Below are positions 41,497 to 51,777 of a stretch of DNA of 64,000 bases, one piece after another. How positions within the stretch are numbered: position 1 is the first letter of the stretch; each line of letters begins with the position of its first letter. The DNA is taken from NCBI GenBank assembly GCA_965228875.1, contig OZ245843.1, positions 726,616-790,615 on the forward strand, written 5' to 3'. Below the pieces are notes generated by a model. It did no database searches. It had not been told where the DNA came from and worked only from the letters and a program-made list of their open reading frames with translations. A program made the position numbers and the translations under genes. The DNA comes from Thalassobaculaceae bacterium (GTDB lineage Bacteria; Pseudomonadota; Alphaproteobacteria; Thalassobaculales; Thalassobaculaceae).

Positions 41497-43663
41497 CGCC
41501 ACGACCCCCGTTCTCTCGGTCCACGACCTCAACGTCTATTACGGTCAGAGCCACGCGCTGCAGGGGATCGACCTCGAGCTCGGCGCCGGCGTGCTTTCGG
41601 TCGTCGGGCGCAACGGCATGGGCAAGACGACGCTCTGCAACGCCATCATGGGGCTGACCCCGGTCTCCTCCGGCACCATTTCCGTCGCCGGCCGGAACGT
41701 CGTCGGCGCGAGCCCGGCGGAGATCGCGAACCTGGGCGTCGGGTACGTGCCCCAAGGCCGCCGCCTGTGGCGATCGCTGAGCGTCGACGAACATCTGCGG
41801 CTGGTGGCGCGGCGCGGCGGCGCCTGGACGCCGGAGCGGATCTACGCGACCTTCCCGCGGCTCGCCGAGCGGCGCGGCAACGGCGGCGGCCAGCTCTCCG
41901 GCGGCGAGCAGCAGATGCTGGCGATCTCGCGCGCCCTGCTGCTGAACCCGCGTCTGCTGGTGATGGACGAGCCGACAGAAGGCTTGGCGCCGGTCATCGT
42001 CCAGCAGGTCGAGGAGATGCTGCTCCGTCTCGGCCGCGAGGGCGACATCAGCGTCCTGGTGATCGAGCAGAACATCGGTGTCGCCTGCGCGGTGTCGGAA
42101 CGGGTCGCGATCATGGTGAACGGGCGGATCGCCCGGGTCATGGATGCGGGGGTCCTGGCGGCGGACCGTGACCTGCAGCAGGCGCTGCTTGGCGTCGGGC
42201 GCCATGCCCATGACGAGACGCCGGACAGCCCGGCGCCGCGCGCGTCGCACGAGGCCGCCCCCCGAACCGGAACCTCGGTCACCCGGATCTACCTCTCGAA
42301 CCCGAAGGTGCCCACACGCTGGAGCGCGCCGGTGCCGGTGCGGGTGATCGAGGGCGCGGCCCGAACCACGACGGCGCCGGCCGCTGCATCGGCCGACCGG
42401 GTCGTGACGCCGCTTCGGGCCCGGCGCTCTGGCGGTGGCGGCGCGATCCTGGTGGCCGGCACGCTCGACACCAAGGGGCCGGAACTCCGGCTAATGCGCG
42501 ACGTCCTCAAGGCACGGGGGCTGACGGTGCGGATGGTCGACCTGTCGACGTCGGGCAAGCCCTCCGGCGCCGACGTTCCGCCGCACGCGGTCGCCGCGTT
42601 CCATCCGCGCGGCGTCGCCGGGGTGATAACGGGCGACCGTGGCACCGCCGTCGCCGGAATGACACTGGCGTTCGAGCGCTGGATCCGGGCGCAGGAGGAT
42701 GTGGCCGGCGTCGTATCGGCGGGCGGTTCCGGCGGCACCGCGCTGGTGGCGCCGGCAATGCGCTCGCTGCCGGTCGGCGTGCCGAAGGTGATCGTCTCAA
42801 CCGTCGCCAGCGGCAATGTCGGCCAGTATATCGGCCCGTCCGACATTCTGATGCTGCATTCGGTCGCCGACGTGCAGGGCATCAACTCGATCACCCGTCA
42901 GGTGCTTACCAACGGCGCCGCCGCGCTGGCCGGCATGGTCGAGGCGCGCCGGGCGGAGCAGGCGCGGGGCGACGACAAGCCCGCCGTCGGCCTGACCATG
43001 TTCGGCGTCACCACTCCCTGCGTGCAGCAGGTGGTCGCGCGCCTGCGGGACGATTTCGACTGCCTCGTGTTCCACGCCACCGGAACCGGCGGGCGGGCGA
43101 TGGAGAAGCTGATGGACAGCGGCATGCTGTCTGCGATCCTCGACCTGACCACCACCGAGGTCTGCGACATGGTCGCCGGCGGGGTGTTCGCCGCCGACGA
43201 GGACCGCTTCGGCGCGTCGATCCGTTCCGGCCTGCCGTATATCGGAGCGTGCGGCGCCCTCGACATGGTGAACTTCAACGCGCCGGAGACGGTGCCCGAG
43301 CGGTATCGCGGCCGCCGGCTCTACGAGCACAACCCGCAGATCACCCTGATGCGGACCTCGGTCGAGGAGAACGACCGGATGGGGCGCTGGATCGGCGAGC
43401 GGCTGAACCGCATGACCGGCCCGGTCCGCTTCTTCCTGCCGGAGGGCGGCGTGTCGGCCCTGGACGCGCCGGGAGCGCCGTTCTGGGATCCGGAGGCCGA
43501 CCGCGCGCTCTTCGCCGCCCTGGAGGCGACGGTGCGCCAGACGTCCGCGCGCCAGCTGATCCGGGTTCCGCACAACATCAACGCCGTCGAGTTCAGCGAT
43601 CTCGTCGTGCAGACGTTCCGGAGCCTGCACGCCAGCCGGCTCCATCTGGCCAGCGGGGGATAA
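41489..43663 (+). CDS. LivF-like ABC ATPase fused to Tm-1-like (UPF0261) domain
   Basis: [25 protein letters not shown]; then [41 protein letters not shown]. Confidence 0.9.
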   Translation: MPDATTPVLSVHDLNVYYGQSHALQGIDLELGAGVLSVVGRNGMGKTTLCNAIMGLTPVSSGTISVAGRNVVGASPAEIANLGVGYVPQGRRLWRSLSVDEHLRLVARRGGAWTPERIYATFPRLAERRGNGGGQLSGGEQQMLAISRALLLNPRLLVMDEPTEGLAPVIVQQVEEMLLRLGREGDISVLVIEQNIGVACAVSERVAIMVNGRIARVMDAGVLAADRDLQQALLGVGRHAHDETPDSPAPRASHEAAPRTGTSVTRIYLSNPKVPTRWSAPVPVRVIEGAARTTTAPAAASADRVVTPLRARRSGGGGAILVAGTLDTKGPELRLMRDVLKARGLTVRMVDLSTSGKPSGADVPPHAVAAFHPRGVAGVITGDRGTAVAGMTLAFERWIRAQEDVAGVVSAGGSGGTALVAPAMRSLPVGVPKVIVSTVASGNVGQYIGPSDILMLHSVADVQGINSITRQVLTNGAAALAGMVEARRAEQARGDDKPAVGLTMFGVTTPCVQQVVARLRDDFDCLVFHATGTGGRAMEKLMDSGMLSAILDLTTTEVCDMVAGGVFAADEDRFGASIRSGLPYIGACGALDMVNFNAPETVPERYRGRRLYEHNPQITLMRTSVEENDRMGRWIGERLNRMTGPVRFFLPEGGVSALDAPGAPFWDPEADRALFAALEATVRQTSARQLIRVPHNINAVEFSDLVVQTFRSLHASRLHLASGG

Positions 43664-43666
43664 GCC

Positions 43667-44494
43667 ATGTTCGAGCGAAGCGAGTTGCTGACCAGGTACC
43701 GCGCCATGATCGCGCGCGGCGAGCCGATCATCGGCGGCGGCGCCGGCACCGGCCTCAGCGCGAAGTGCGAGGAGGCGGGCGGGATCGACCTGATCGTGAT
43801 CTACAATTCAGGCCGTTACCGCATGGCCGGACGCGGGTCTCTCGCCGGCCTGATGCCCTATGGCGACGCGAATGCCGTCGTAATGGAGATGGCCGCCGAG
43901 GTGCTGCCCGTCGTCAGGCGCACGCCGGTTCTGGCGGGCGTCTGCGCCTCCGATCCGTTCCGCCTGATGGACAGGTTCCTCGACCAGATCAGGGCGGCCG
44001 GGTTCTCCGGCGTCCAGAACTTTCCCACCGTCGGCCTGATCGACGGGACGTTCCGGGCCAATCTGGAGGAGACCGGCATGTCCTACAGCCTGGAGGTGGA
44101 CATGGTCCGCATGGCCCGCGCCAAGGACATGCTGACCACGCCCTATGTCTTCTGCGCCGAGGACGCCCGGGCGATGGCCGAGGCCGGCGCGGACATCATC
44201 GTCTGCCACCTGGGCCTGACGACCGGCGGCAGCATCGGGGCGGAGACCGCACTCACCCTGGAGCAATGCCCGGCACTGGTCGACGCCTGGGCGGCGGCAG
44301 CCCTCGAGGTCAATCCGGAAGCCATCGTGCTGGTCCATGGCGGCCCGGTGGCGATGCCCGAGGACGCGGCCTACGTGCTCGCCAACACCACGCACTGTCA
44401 CGGTTTCTACGGCGCCTCCTCGATGGAGCGGCTGCCGACGGAAGTCGCGCTGACGGAGCAAACCAGGAAATTCAAAGCGATCGGTCGCGGCTGA
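43667..44494 (+). CDS. TIM-barrel signal transduction / PEP-hydrolase family protein (Tm-1 C-terminal-like)
   Basis: [62 protein letters not shown]. Confidence 0.9.
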   Translation: MFERSELLTRYRAMIARGEPIIGGGAGTGLSAKCEEAGGIDLIVIYNSGRYRMAGRGSLAGLMPYGDANAVVMEMAAEVLPVVRRTPVLAGVCASDPFRLMDRFLDQIRAAGFSGVQNFPTVGLIDGTFRANLEETGMSYSLEVDMVRMARAKDMLTTPYVFCAEDARAMAEAGADIIVCHLGLTTGGSIGAETALTLEQCPALVDAWAAAALEVNPEAIVLVHGGPVAMPEDAAYVLANTTHCHGFYGASSMERLPTEVALTEQTRKFKAIGRG

Positions 44495-44517
44495 CGCGAC
44501 GGCGAAGGAGGCCTCTC

Positions 44518-47500
44518 ATGACTGGGCAACTGATCGGACAACTGATCCTCTGGCTGATCCTGGCGGTCATCGTCATCTTCGTCATCTACTGGGTGATGCA
44601 CTGGCTGTACCGGCGCTCGACCAAGGAGATCGCCTTCGTGCGGACCGGTTTCCTCGGCGAGAAGGTGGTGATCGACGGCGGCGCGTTCGTCTGGCCGATC
44701 ATCCACGACATCACGCCGGTCAACATGAACTCGCTTCAGCTCGCGGTGACCCGCGAGAAGGACGAGGCGCTGATCACCAAGGACCGGATGCGGATCGACG
44801 TCGACGCCGAGTTCTACGTGCGGGTCAAGCAGACCGGCGATGCCGTCAGCCTGGCCGCCTCGACCCTGGGCCGCCGCACCCTGGAGCCCGAGCGTATCCA
44901 CGCGCTGCTCTCCGGAAAGTTCATCTCGGCCCTGCGCACGGTCGCCTCCGAGATGACGATCGAGGAACTGCACGAGAACCGCAACGACTACGTCGCCCGG
45001 GTGCTGAAGGCGGCGCAGGGCGGTCTCGACAAGAACGGCCTGGAACTCGAGAGCGTCGCCATCACCGACATCGACCAGACCGAGATCGAATACTTCAACC
45101 CGTCCAACCGGTTCGATGCCGAGGGCCTGACCACGGTCATCGAGGCCATCGAGGCGCGGCGCAAGCTGCGCAACGACATCGAACAGGACGCGATGATCAA
45201 GATCCGCACGCGCAACCTGGAGGCAGAGAAGCAGGCGCTGGACATCGAGAAGGAGAGCGAGGAGGCCCGGCTCGACCAGGAGCGCGAGATCGAGTTCCGT
45301 CGCGCCCAGCAGCGCGCCGCGCTCGCCCGCGAACGCTCCGAGCGGGAGAAAGAGGCCGAGCAGGCCACGCTCCTCAGCCGCGAGGCCATCGAGACCGCGC
45401 GGATCGCCAACGAACGTCAGATCTCCGAGGCGCGTATCGCCTCCGAACGCGAGGTCCGCCAACGCGAGATCGAACGCCAGCGGGTGATCGACGAGGCCGA
45501 GATCACGACCCTGGAGGCGGTCGAGAAGGCGCGCATCGCCCAGGAGAAGATCCTGACCGAGGAGCGGATCCGCACCCGGCGGGAGACCGAGTCCGCGGAC
45601 ATCGCCGCCCGGGAGGAGATCGAGACCGCCCGCATCGCCCAGGAACTGAAGATCACCGAGGCGCGGATCTCATCCGACCGGCTCACCAGGGAGCGCGAGA
45701 TCGCCCGCAACCTGGCGATCCAGGAGGCGGAGATCGCCGCCCGCGAAGGCGCCGAGAAGCTGCGCATCCTGCAGGAGAAGGCCGTGAGCTCGGCGCGCAT
45801 CAGCTCCGACCAGGAGGTGCGCGCGCTGGAGATCCAGCAGCGTCAGGCCATCGACGAGGCACAGATCGCCAGCGAGAAGGCGACCGAAGCGGCCCGCATC
45901 GCCCGCGAGAAGGCGCTGGCGGCGGAGCGTATCGCCTCCGAGCAGAATACCCGCGCCCTGGAAATCGCGCGACAGCGGACGCTGGATCAGGCGCAGATCG
46001 AGGCGGCGGAGCAGACCTCCAAGGACCGCATCGCCCAGGAGGAGCGTGTCCGCGCCCTGGAGATCGAGCGCAACCGGGCCATCGACGAGGCCGAGATCGC
46101 TTCGCGCGAGGCTGTGGAGAAGGCGCGGATCGCCCAGGACCGTCAGCTCTCCCTGGAACGCATCCAGGCGCAGGAGGAGACCCAGGAGCGCGACGTGGCG
46201 CGCGCACGGGCCGTGGAGGCGGCGGAGATCGCCAAGGCCGAAGCCGTCGAGGCGGCCCGCTTCGCCAAGGAGAAGGCGGTCGCTGCCGAGCGTATCGCCT
46301 ACGAGCAGGACCTGCGCGAGCGCGAGATCGCCCGCAACCGCGCGGTCGACAGGGCCAATATCGAGGCCCAGGAGGAGGTCAACGCCGCCCGCATCGCCGA
46401 GCAGGCGAAGACCCGGGCGGCCGAGATCGCGCGCGACGCCGACCTGCGCAACCGCGAGATCGAGCGCAACGAGGCCGTCGAGGCGGCCGAGATCGCGTCC
46501 CGCCGCTCGGTCGAGCAGAAGCGGATCGCCCAGGAGGCGGAGACGACCGCCGAGAAGATCGCCCGCGACCAGCGCATCCGCGACCTGGAGATCGCCCGCA
46601 ACAAGGCCAACGACGAGGCGCAGATCGCCGCCGAACAGGCGACCGAGGCGGCGCGCGTCGCGCGGAACAAGCGGGTCGAGGCCGAGAAAATCCTGGCCGA
46701 GCAGGAACTGGACGCCCGCAAGCTCGAGCGGCGCAAGGTGCTGGAGCATCTGGAGGTGGAACGCTTGCAGGTCCTGCGCGAGGCCGAAATCTCGAGCCAG
46801 GAGCTGATCGAGCGCGCCCGGATCGCGTCCGAGAAGGGGCTCGACGACGTTCGGATCGAGCACCAGACCGAGCGTCGCCGTCTGGAGATCGAGCGCGAGA
46901 AGGTGGTCGAGGCCGCGCAGATGGAGAAGGCCATCGAACTCTACAAGAAGTCCCTGGATCAGAGCGCGGCCGCGACCGAGGCCGAACTGGCGCGGGTCCG
47001 GGCGACCGAGGCGGCGGAGAAGGTGGAGACCGCCCGCGAGACGGAGATCGCCGCCCGGCGCAAGAGCATCGACATCACCCTGGCGGAGAAGGCGGCGGAG
47101 GAGAAGCGGATCGCGGCCGAGGCCGAACGCATCCGCGCCGGCGTGGAAGCCGAGGCCCAGCGCCTCATCAACGAGGCCGAGAACGTCCTCACCGACGGCT
47201 CCCGCCGCTCGCTGTTCAAGCGCAAGATGCTGGAGCATGTCGAAGGCATCGTTTCCGCCTCCGTCAAGCCGCTCGAGAAGATCAACGAGATCAAGATCAT
47301 GCAGCTCGGTGGCAGCGGCACGACCGGCCTCGGTTGGGCGAATGGCGACGGGCCGAACGGGGAGGGTGGACCCGGCGGCGGCGACTTCGGGGGGCGTGGC
47401 ACCAGTCCGACGGACGAGGTCATCAACTCCGCGCTGCGCTATCGGGTGCAGGCCCCGATGATCGACAGCCTGCTGCACGATATCGGCATCGACGGCTCCA

Positions 47501-47721
47501 ACATCGCCAGCCAGGGCGGGCTGATCCGCGAGGCTTCCGACCTGACGCGCACGGCCGGCGAGCTGAAGCGCATGGGGGCGGGCGACGCCAAGGCCAAGTC
47601 CCAGGGGGGATCAGGGGGCGGCTCTGGCGGTGGTTCTGGAGGCGGATCCGGTCAGAGCTCGGGCGGCGGGGCGGCGAAACGCGGGCGTCGCGGGGCGACC
47701 AAGACCGAGGGGACGAGCTAG
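44518..47721 (+). CDS. Flotillin/SPFH protein with very long coiled coil (1067 aa)
   Basis: N-terminal TM, AFVRTGFLGEKVV.DGG, ALITKDRMR.DV..EFYVRV, NGLELESVAIT, FDAEGLT; C-terminal VKPLEKI..IKI and SALRYR.QAP. Confidence 0.9.
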   Translation: MTGQLIGQLILWLILAVIVIFVIYWVMHWLYRRSTKEIAFVRTGFLGEKVVIDGGAFVWPIIHDITPVNMNSLQLAVTREKDEALITKDRMRIDVDAEFYVRVKQTGDAVSLAASTLGRRTLEPERIHALLSGKFISALRTVASEMTIEELHENRNDYVARVLKAAQGGLDKNGLELESVAITDIDQTEIEYFNPSNRFDAEGLTTVIEAIEARRKLRNDIEQDAMIKIRTRNLEAEKQALDIEKESEEARLDQEREIEFRRAQQRAALARERSEREKEAEQATLLSREAIETARIANERQISEARIASEREVRQREIERQRVIDEAEITTLEAVEKARIAQEKILTEERIRTRRETESADIAAREEIETARIAQELKITEARISSDRLTREREIARNLAIQEAEIAAREGAEKLRILQEKAVSSARISSDQEVRALEIQQRQAIDEAQIASEKATEAARIAREKALAAERIASEQNTRALEIARQRTLDQAQIEAAEQTSKDRIAQEERVRALEIERNRAIDEAEIASREAVEKARIAQDRQLSLERIQAQEETQERDVARARAVEAAEIAKAEAVEAARFAKEKAVAAERIAYEQDLREREIARNRAVDRANIEAQEEVNAARIAEQAKTRAAEIARDADLRNREIERNEAVEAAEIASRRSVEQKRIAQEAETTAEKIARDQRIRDLEIARNKANDEAQIAAEQATEAARVARNKRVEAEKILAEQELDARKLERRKVLEHLEVERLQVLREAEISSQELIERARIASEKGLDDVRIEHQTERRRLEIEREKVVEAAQMEKAIELYKKSLDQSAAATEAELARVRATEAAEKVETARETEIAARRKSIDITLAEKAAEEKRIAAEAERIRAGVEAEAQRLINEAENVLTDGSRRSLFKRKMLEHVEGIVSASVKPLEKINEIKIMQLGGSGTTGLGWANGDGPNGEGGPGGGDFGGRGTSPTDEVINSALRYRVQAPMIDSLLHDIGIDGSNIASQGGLIREASDLTRTAGELKRMGAGDAKAKSQGGSGGGSGGGSGGGSGQSSGGGAAKRGRRGATKTEGTS
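45300..47160 (+). repeat. Intragenic 11-aa (hendecad) / 44-aa tandem protein repeats
   Basis: e.g. DQEVRALEIQQ-RQAIDEAQIAS-EKATEAARIAR-EKALAAERIAS; Ile recurs every 11 residues; boundaries approximate. Confidence 0.8.
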
Positions 47722-48159
47722 ATGGCGCGTGTCTACGTCTCGTCGGTGATCGACGCCCCCGCCGCGCGGGTCTGGGAGCGGGTCAGGGACTTCAACGGCC
47801 TTCCGCGCTGGCACCCGCGGATCCGCGACAGCCGGATCGAGGACGCCCTGCCGTCGGACAAGGTCGGCTGCATCCGCAACTTCAACCTGCAGAACGGGGA
47901 CAACATCCGCGAGCAGCTGCTGGGGTTGAGCGACTACGACCTGTTCTGCACCTACGCGATCCTGGAGAGCCCGATGCCGCTGACCGACTACGTCGCGACG
48001 CTGCGCCTGACGCCCGTGACCGAGGGCGACCGCTGCTTCATCGAATGGTCGGCCGAGTTCTCCTGCGATCCCGCCGACGAGGACGGCCTGGTCGCCGGGA
48101 TCGGCGGCAACGTGTTTCAGGGCGGGTTCGACGCCCTGAAGCGGCATTTCGGAGGCTGA
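47722..48159 (+). CDS. SRPBCC (START-like) family protein
   Basis: SVIDAPAARVWERVRDFNGLPRWHP, VGCIR. Confidence 0.9.
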   Translation: MARVYVSSVIDAPAARVWERVRDFNGLPRWHPRIRDSRIEDALPSDKVGCIRNFNLQNGDNIREQLLGLSDYDLFCTYAILESPMPLTDYVATLRLTPVTEGDRCFIEWSAEFSCDPADEDGLVAGIGGNVFQGGFDALKRHFGG

Positions 48160-48162
48160 GCG

Positions 48163-48621
48163 ATGCCGAGGGTCAGGCGCAGCACGGTCCTGGACGCGCC
48201 GGTGGAGGCGGTCTGGGACGTCCTGCGCGACTTCAACGGCCACGACCGCTGGCATCCCGCCGTTGCCGAGAGCGCAGTCGAGCGCGGCCGGTCCTCCGAC
48301 CAGGTCGGTTGCGTGCGGCGGTTCCGGCTGCAGGACGGCGCGGAACTGCGCGAACAGCTGCTGACCCTGTCCGATCTGGAACAGGCATTCTCCTACTGCC
48401 TGCTCGACACGCCGGTCCCGCTCTTCAACTACGTCGCCCATGTCAGGCTGTTCCCCGTGACCGACGGCGACCGGACGTTCTGGGAATGGGAGAGCCGGTT
48501 CGACACGCCGGCGGGCCGCGATGAGGAACTGGCGGCGATGGTGGGCAACGACATCTATGGCGCCGGGTTCGATGCGATCCGCGCGCATATGGGGCTGGAG
48601 GCGAGCGGTGCTGAGGGTTGA
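48163..48621 (+). CDS. SRPBCC family protein, paralog of the preceding gene
   Basis: VLDAPVEAVWDVLRDFNGHDRWHP, VGCVR, REQLL.LSD shared with neighbour. Confidence 0.9.
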   Translation: MPRVRRSTVLDAPVEAVWDVLRDFNGHDRWHPAVAESAVERGRSSDQVGCVRRFRLQDGAELREQLLTLSDLEQAFSYCLLDTPVPLFNYVAHVRLFPVTDGDRTFWEWESRFDTPAGRDEELAAMVGNDIYGAGFDAIRAHMGLEASGAEG

Positions 48622-49411
48622 AACCTGTCGGACGATCCAGGAGGCGGCCGGAGCGATGGGTACGCGCTCGCGCTTTCTCGGCGGTGGAACGCTGGTGATG
48701 CGCGCCGTTAACGACGGCGACCAGGGTTTCGACCACATCGTGCGGACAACCGATCCGGCCCTGAGGGAGGTCCGCGTCGACGGATCGCGGATCCGGATCG
48801 GCGCCGGGTGCACGATGGCCGATGTCATTGCCTCCCGCGATCTCGGGTTTCTTGCGCCGGCGGCGCGGCTCGTGGGCGGGCCGGCGGTGCGCAACATGGC
48901 GACGGTCGGCGGCAACCTGTTCGCCCCGCATCCCTATGGCGATCTGACGGCGGCGCTGCTGGCGCTCGACGGCGTGGCGCATATGGCCGACGGCCGCGAG
49001 CAGGGGATCGACGCCCTGCTCGGTGCCCGCGAGCGCCCCTCCGGACTGGTGGCGGCGGTGTCGGTGGCGCGACCGCAGGACGGGGAGTTCCGGTTCCGCA
49101 AGGTCAGCCGGGTGAAGCCGAAGGGGGTGTCCGTGATGTCGATCGCGGCGCGGCTGCCGCGCTCGGCAGGGCGGGTCTCCGGGGCCCGGGTCGCCTTCGG
49201 GGCGATGGGGCCGACACCGCTGCGCGCGCCGGCGGTGGAGCGGGCGCTGGAGGGGGCGGCGCTGGATGCGTCCGGCATCGCTGCGGCGCTGGCAGCGGTC
49301 GGGGGCGCCCTGTCGCCGGCGGACGATGCGATCGCGTCGGCCTGGTATCGCCGGGAGGTTGCGGCGGTCCATCTCGGCCGATTGCTGCTCGACGACGGGA
49401 GGGGGCGATGA
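48608..49411 (+). CDS. Molybdenum hydroxylase FAD-binding subunit
   Basis: LGGGTL, VRNMATVGGNL, ASAWYRR. Confidence 0.9.
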   Translation: MLRVETCRTIQEAAGAMGTRSRFLGGGTLVMRAVNDGDQGFDHIVRTTDPALREVRVDGSRIRIGAGCTMADVIASRDLGFLAPAARLVGGPAVRNMATVGGNLFAPHPYGDLTAALLALDGVAHMADGREQGIDALLGARERPSGLVAAVSVARPQDGEFRFRKVSRVKPKGVSVMSIAARLPRSAGRVSGARVAFGAMGPTPLRAPAVERALEGAALDASGIAAALAAVGGALSPADDAIASAWYRREVAAVHLGRLLLDDGRGR

Positions 49412-49890
49412 CCAAGGTTCCGGTGCGGTTCACCCTGAACGGGGCCGAGACCGGCGTGTTCGCCGATCCGGGCGCCAACCTGCTGGATGTGCTGCGGCGG
49501 GGCGCCGGGGACCTCTCGCCCAAATACGGCTGCGGCCAGGGCACCTGCGGCGCGTGCACGGTGCTGATCGACGGGGACGCGCATCTGTCCTGTCTCACGC
49601 TGGCGGAGTCCGCCGAGGGGCGTCGCATCGACACCACCGGCGGCCTGCGTCTCGGCGCGGATCTGCACCCGCTGCAGCGCCGGTTCATGGAAGGGTTCGC
49701 CGCCCAGTGCGGCTACTGCACACCGGGCATGCTGATGGCGGCCAAGGCCCTGCTCGACAGGGAGCCGAACCCGTCGCGCGAGCAGGTGATCGAGGCGATC
49801 TCCGGTAATCTGTGCCGGTGTACCGGATACGAGCCCATTGTCGACGCGATCCTGGCCGCCGCCGGCGATCTGCGGGGGAGGGTGGCCTGA
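49408..49890 (+). CDS. Molybdenum hydroxylase 2x[2Fe-2S] subunit
   Basis: GCGQGTCGACTV, QCGYCTPG, GNLCRCTGY. Confidence 0.95.
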   Translation: MTKVPVRFTLNGAETGVFADPGANLLDVLRRGAGDLSPKYGCGQGTCGACTVLIDGDAHLSCLTLAESAEGRRIDTTGGLRLGADLHPLQRRFMEGFAAQCGYCTPGMLMAAKALLDREPNPSREQVIEAISGNLCRCTGYEPIVDAILAAAGDLRGRVA

Positions 49891-51776
49891 TGTCTTCCGT
49901 GGAGTTCCGCAAGGACCTGTTCGCCAACGAACGGCGCGACGACCTGAACGAGATCGGCAAGCCGACGATCCGCCAGGACATCCTGGGCCACGTCACCGGC
50001 GCGACGAAGTACTACGACGACCACCTGTTCGACGGCCTGCTGCACATGCGCTGCGTGCGGTCGCCGCATCACCATGCCCGCATCCGGCATGTCGACACCT
50101 CGGCGGCGGAACGGATGGAGGGGGTGGTGCGCATCGTCCGCCCGACCGACGTGCCGCGCAACCTCAACACCCTGCTGTCGCTGATCGGTTTCGGCCGCGA
50201 CGACGAGGAACTGCTGGCGACGGCGAAGGTCGCCTATGCGGGCGAACCGGTGGTGGCCGTGATCGCGACCTCGGACCGTCTGGCGCGCGACGCGGCCGCG
50301 GCGGTGCGCGTCGACTGGGAGGTGCTGCCCCACGTGCTGGACGTCGAGGAGGCGCTCAAGCCCGACGCGCCTGTGGTCAACGACGTCTACCCGAACAACA
50401 CCTTCGACTATCACGACCGTTACGATCACCAGAAGCTGCGGTTCGGCGATGTCGAGGCCGCGTTCGCCCGGGCCGACCACATCGTCGAGGGGACCTACCA
50501 GATGTCCCCGATCGAGCAGGCGCCGATGGAGACCTGCGGCGCCATCGCCGCTCCGGAGACCAACGACCGCTTCATCTGTCACACCGCGACCCAGGCCCTG
50601 TTCTTCTCGCTCGGCACCACGGCGAAGCTGCTCGACATGGCGTCGTCGCGGCTGCACTTCGTTGGCGGCACGGTGGGCGGCGGCTTCGGCGGCAAGGTCG
50701 ACAGTCTGGTGGAGCCGATGGCGGTGCTCGGCGCGATCCTGACCGGCCGGCCGGTCAAGTTCATGTGGGACCGCCCGGAGGAGATGCAGGTCGGCGCGCC
50801 GCGCGGCGCCGAGCGCTGGCGGCTGAAGGACGGGGTGATGGCCGATGGCCGCATCGTCGCCCGCAGCCTCACCGGCTTCTTCGACGCCGGCGCCTACACC
50901 CGCCTGTCCTCCTACGCGATCATCAAGGCGACCGGTCACCTGCCGGGGCCGTACACGATCCCGAATGTCGCCTCCAACGTGTTCTGCGTGTTCACCAACC
51001 GCACCCCGGCGACCGCCATGCGTGGCTTCGGCATCACCGGCGTCGACTTCGCCATCGAGTGCCACATGGACAAGGTCGCCGAGACCATCGGCCTGAACCC
51101 GATCGACCTGCGGATCCTGAATGCCTACCGGGACGGCGACATGAAGGCGCACCGGCGCGTCGCCAAGAACACCGCGCTGATCGAGTGCTGCCAGGTGGCG
51201 GCGCAGAAGGCCGGGGTGACCCTGCGACCGGACTCGATGCAGGCCTCCAGCCTGGTCGGCGGCGGCGTCGGCGAGCGGGCGCAGATCCCGGAGACGGTGA
51301 CAGACCAGATGTCACGGATCGGCGAGCGCCGGCGGTCCGAACTGCCGACCGATCCGCTCGTGGGCGCGCACGACAAGGGCAGGGTGGCGGCCGGGGTGAT
51401 GGGGACGCCGATCGCCGCCGCCGAGCCGCAACGCGAGGACATGCGGATCGAGGCGTCCAGGGTCGGTCACGCGGTATCCGGTCCGAGCCCGGCTCCGGCA
51501 TCCCCCGCGCCCACTCCTGCGATACCGCCAGCCGCCGCCCCCGTGACCCCGCGGGCGGTGCCAACTGCAGCGCCCGCGGCTTCCATCTCCCCGGTTCCTC
51601 CGCAACCCGCACCCCCGCAGGGTACACCTGCGCAGGCTGCGCCTCCGCAACCTGCACCTCCGCAACCTGCTGCGACGCCGCCGGCGGCAGCGCCCTACCA
51701 ACCCGAGAAGCCGTTCCAGCAGGGTGTGCGCCGGCCCGGCGTCTCGCGGTTCCTGTCCGGCACGCGGAGGCGCTGA
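49890..51776 (+). CDS. Molybdopterin-binding subunit, N-terminal half, with Pro/Ala-rich tail
   Basis: VTGATKYYDD, RSPHHHARI, VGGGFGGK, DAGAY, AMRGFG. Confidence 0.92.
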   Translation: MSSVEFRKDLFANERRDDLNEIGKPTIRQDILGHVTGATKYYDDHLFDGLLHMRCVRSPHHHARIRHVDTSAAERMEGVVRIVRPTDVPRNLNTLLSLIGFGRDDEELLATAKVAYAGEPVVAVIATSDRLARDAAAAVRVDWEVLPHVLDVEEALKPDAPVVNDVYPNNTFDYHDRYDHQKLRFGDVEAAFARADHIVEGTYQMSPIEQAPMETCGAIAAPETNDRFICHTATQALFFSLGTTAKLLDMASSRLHFVGGTVGGGFGGKVDSLVEPMAVLGAILTGRPVKFMWDRPEEMQVGAPRGAERWRLKDGVMADGRIVARSLTGFFDAGAYTRLSSYAIIKATGHLPGPYTIPNVASNVFCVFTNRTPATAMRGFGITGVDFAIECHMDKVAETIGLNPIDLRILNAYRDGDMKAHRRVAKNTALIECCQVAAQKAGVTLRPDSMQASSLVGGGVGERAQIPETVTDQMSRIGERRRSELPTDPLVGAHDKGRVAAGVMGTPIAAAEPQREDMRIEASRVGHAVSGPSPAPASPAPTPAIPPAAAPVTPRAVPTAAPAASISPVPPQPAPPQGTPAQAAPPQPAPPQPAATPPAAAPYQPEKPFQQGVRRPGVSRFLSGTRRR

Positions 51777-51777
51777 G

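Noticed and set aside
43249..44517. Apparent 423-aa N-terminal extension giving a 1490-aa flotillin
   Set aside because: It overlaps the Tm-1 and TIM-barrel genes in another frame and is Arg/Pro-rich noise; AAGGAGG precedes the ATG at 44518
45300..47160. CRISPR array or DNA-level tandem repeat
   Set aside because: The repetition is degenerate, in frame and at protein level, with no constant repeat-spacer pattern and no cas genes
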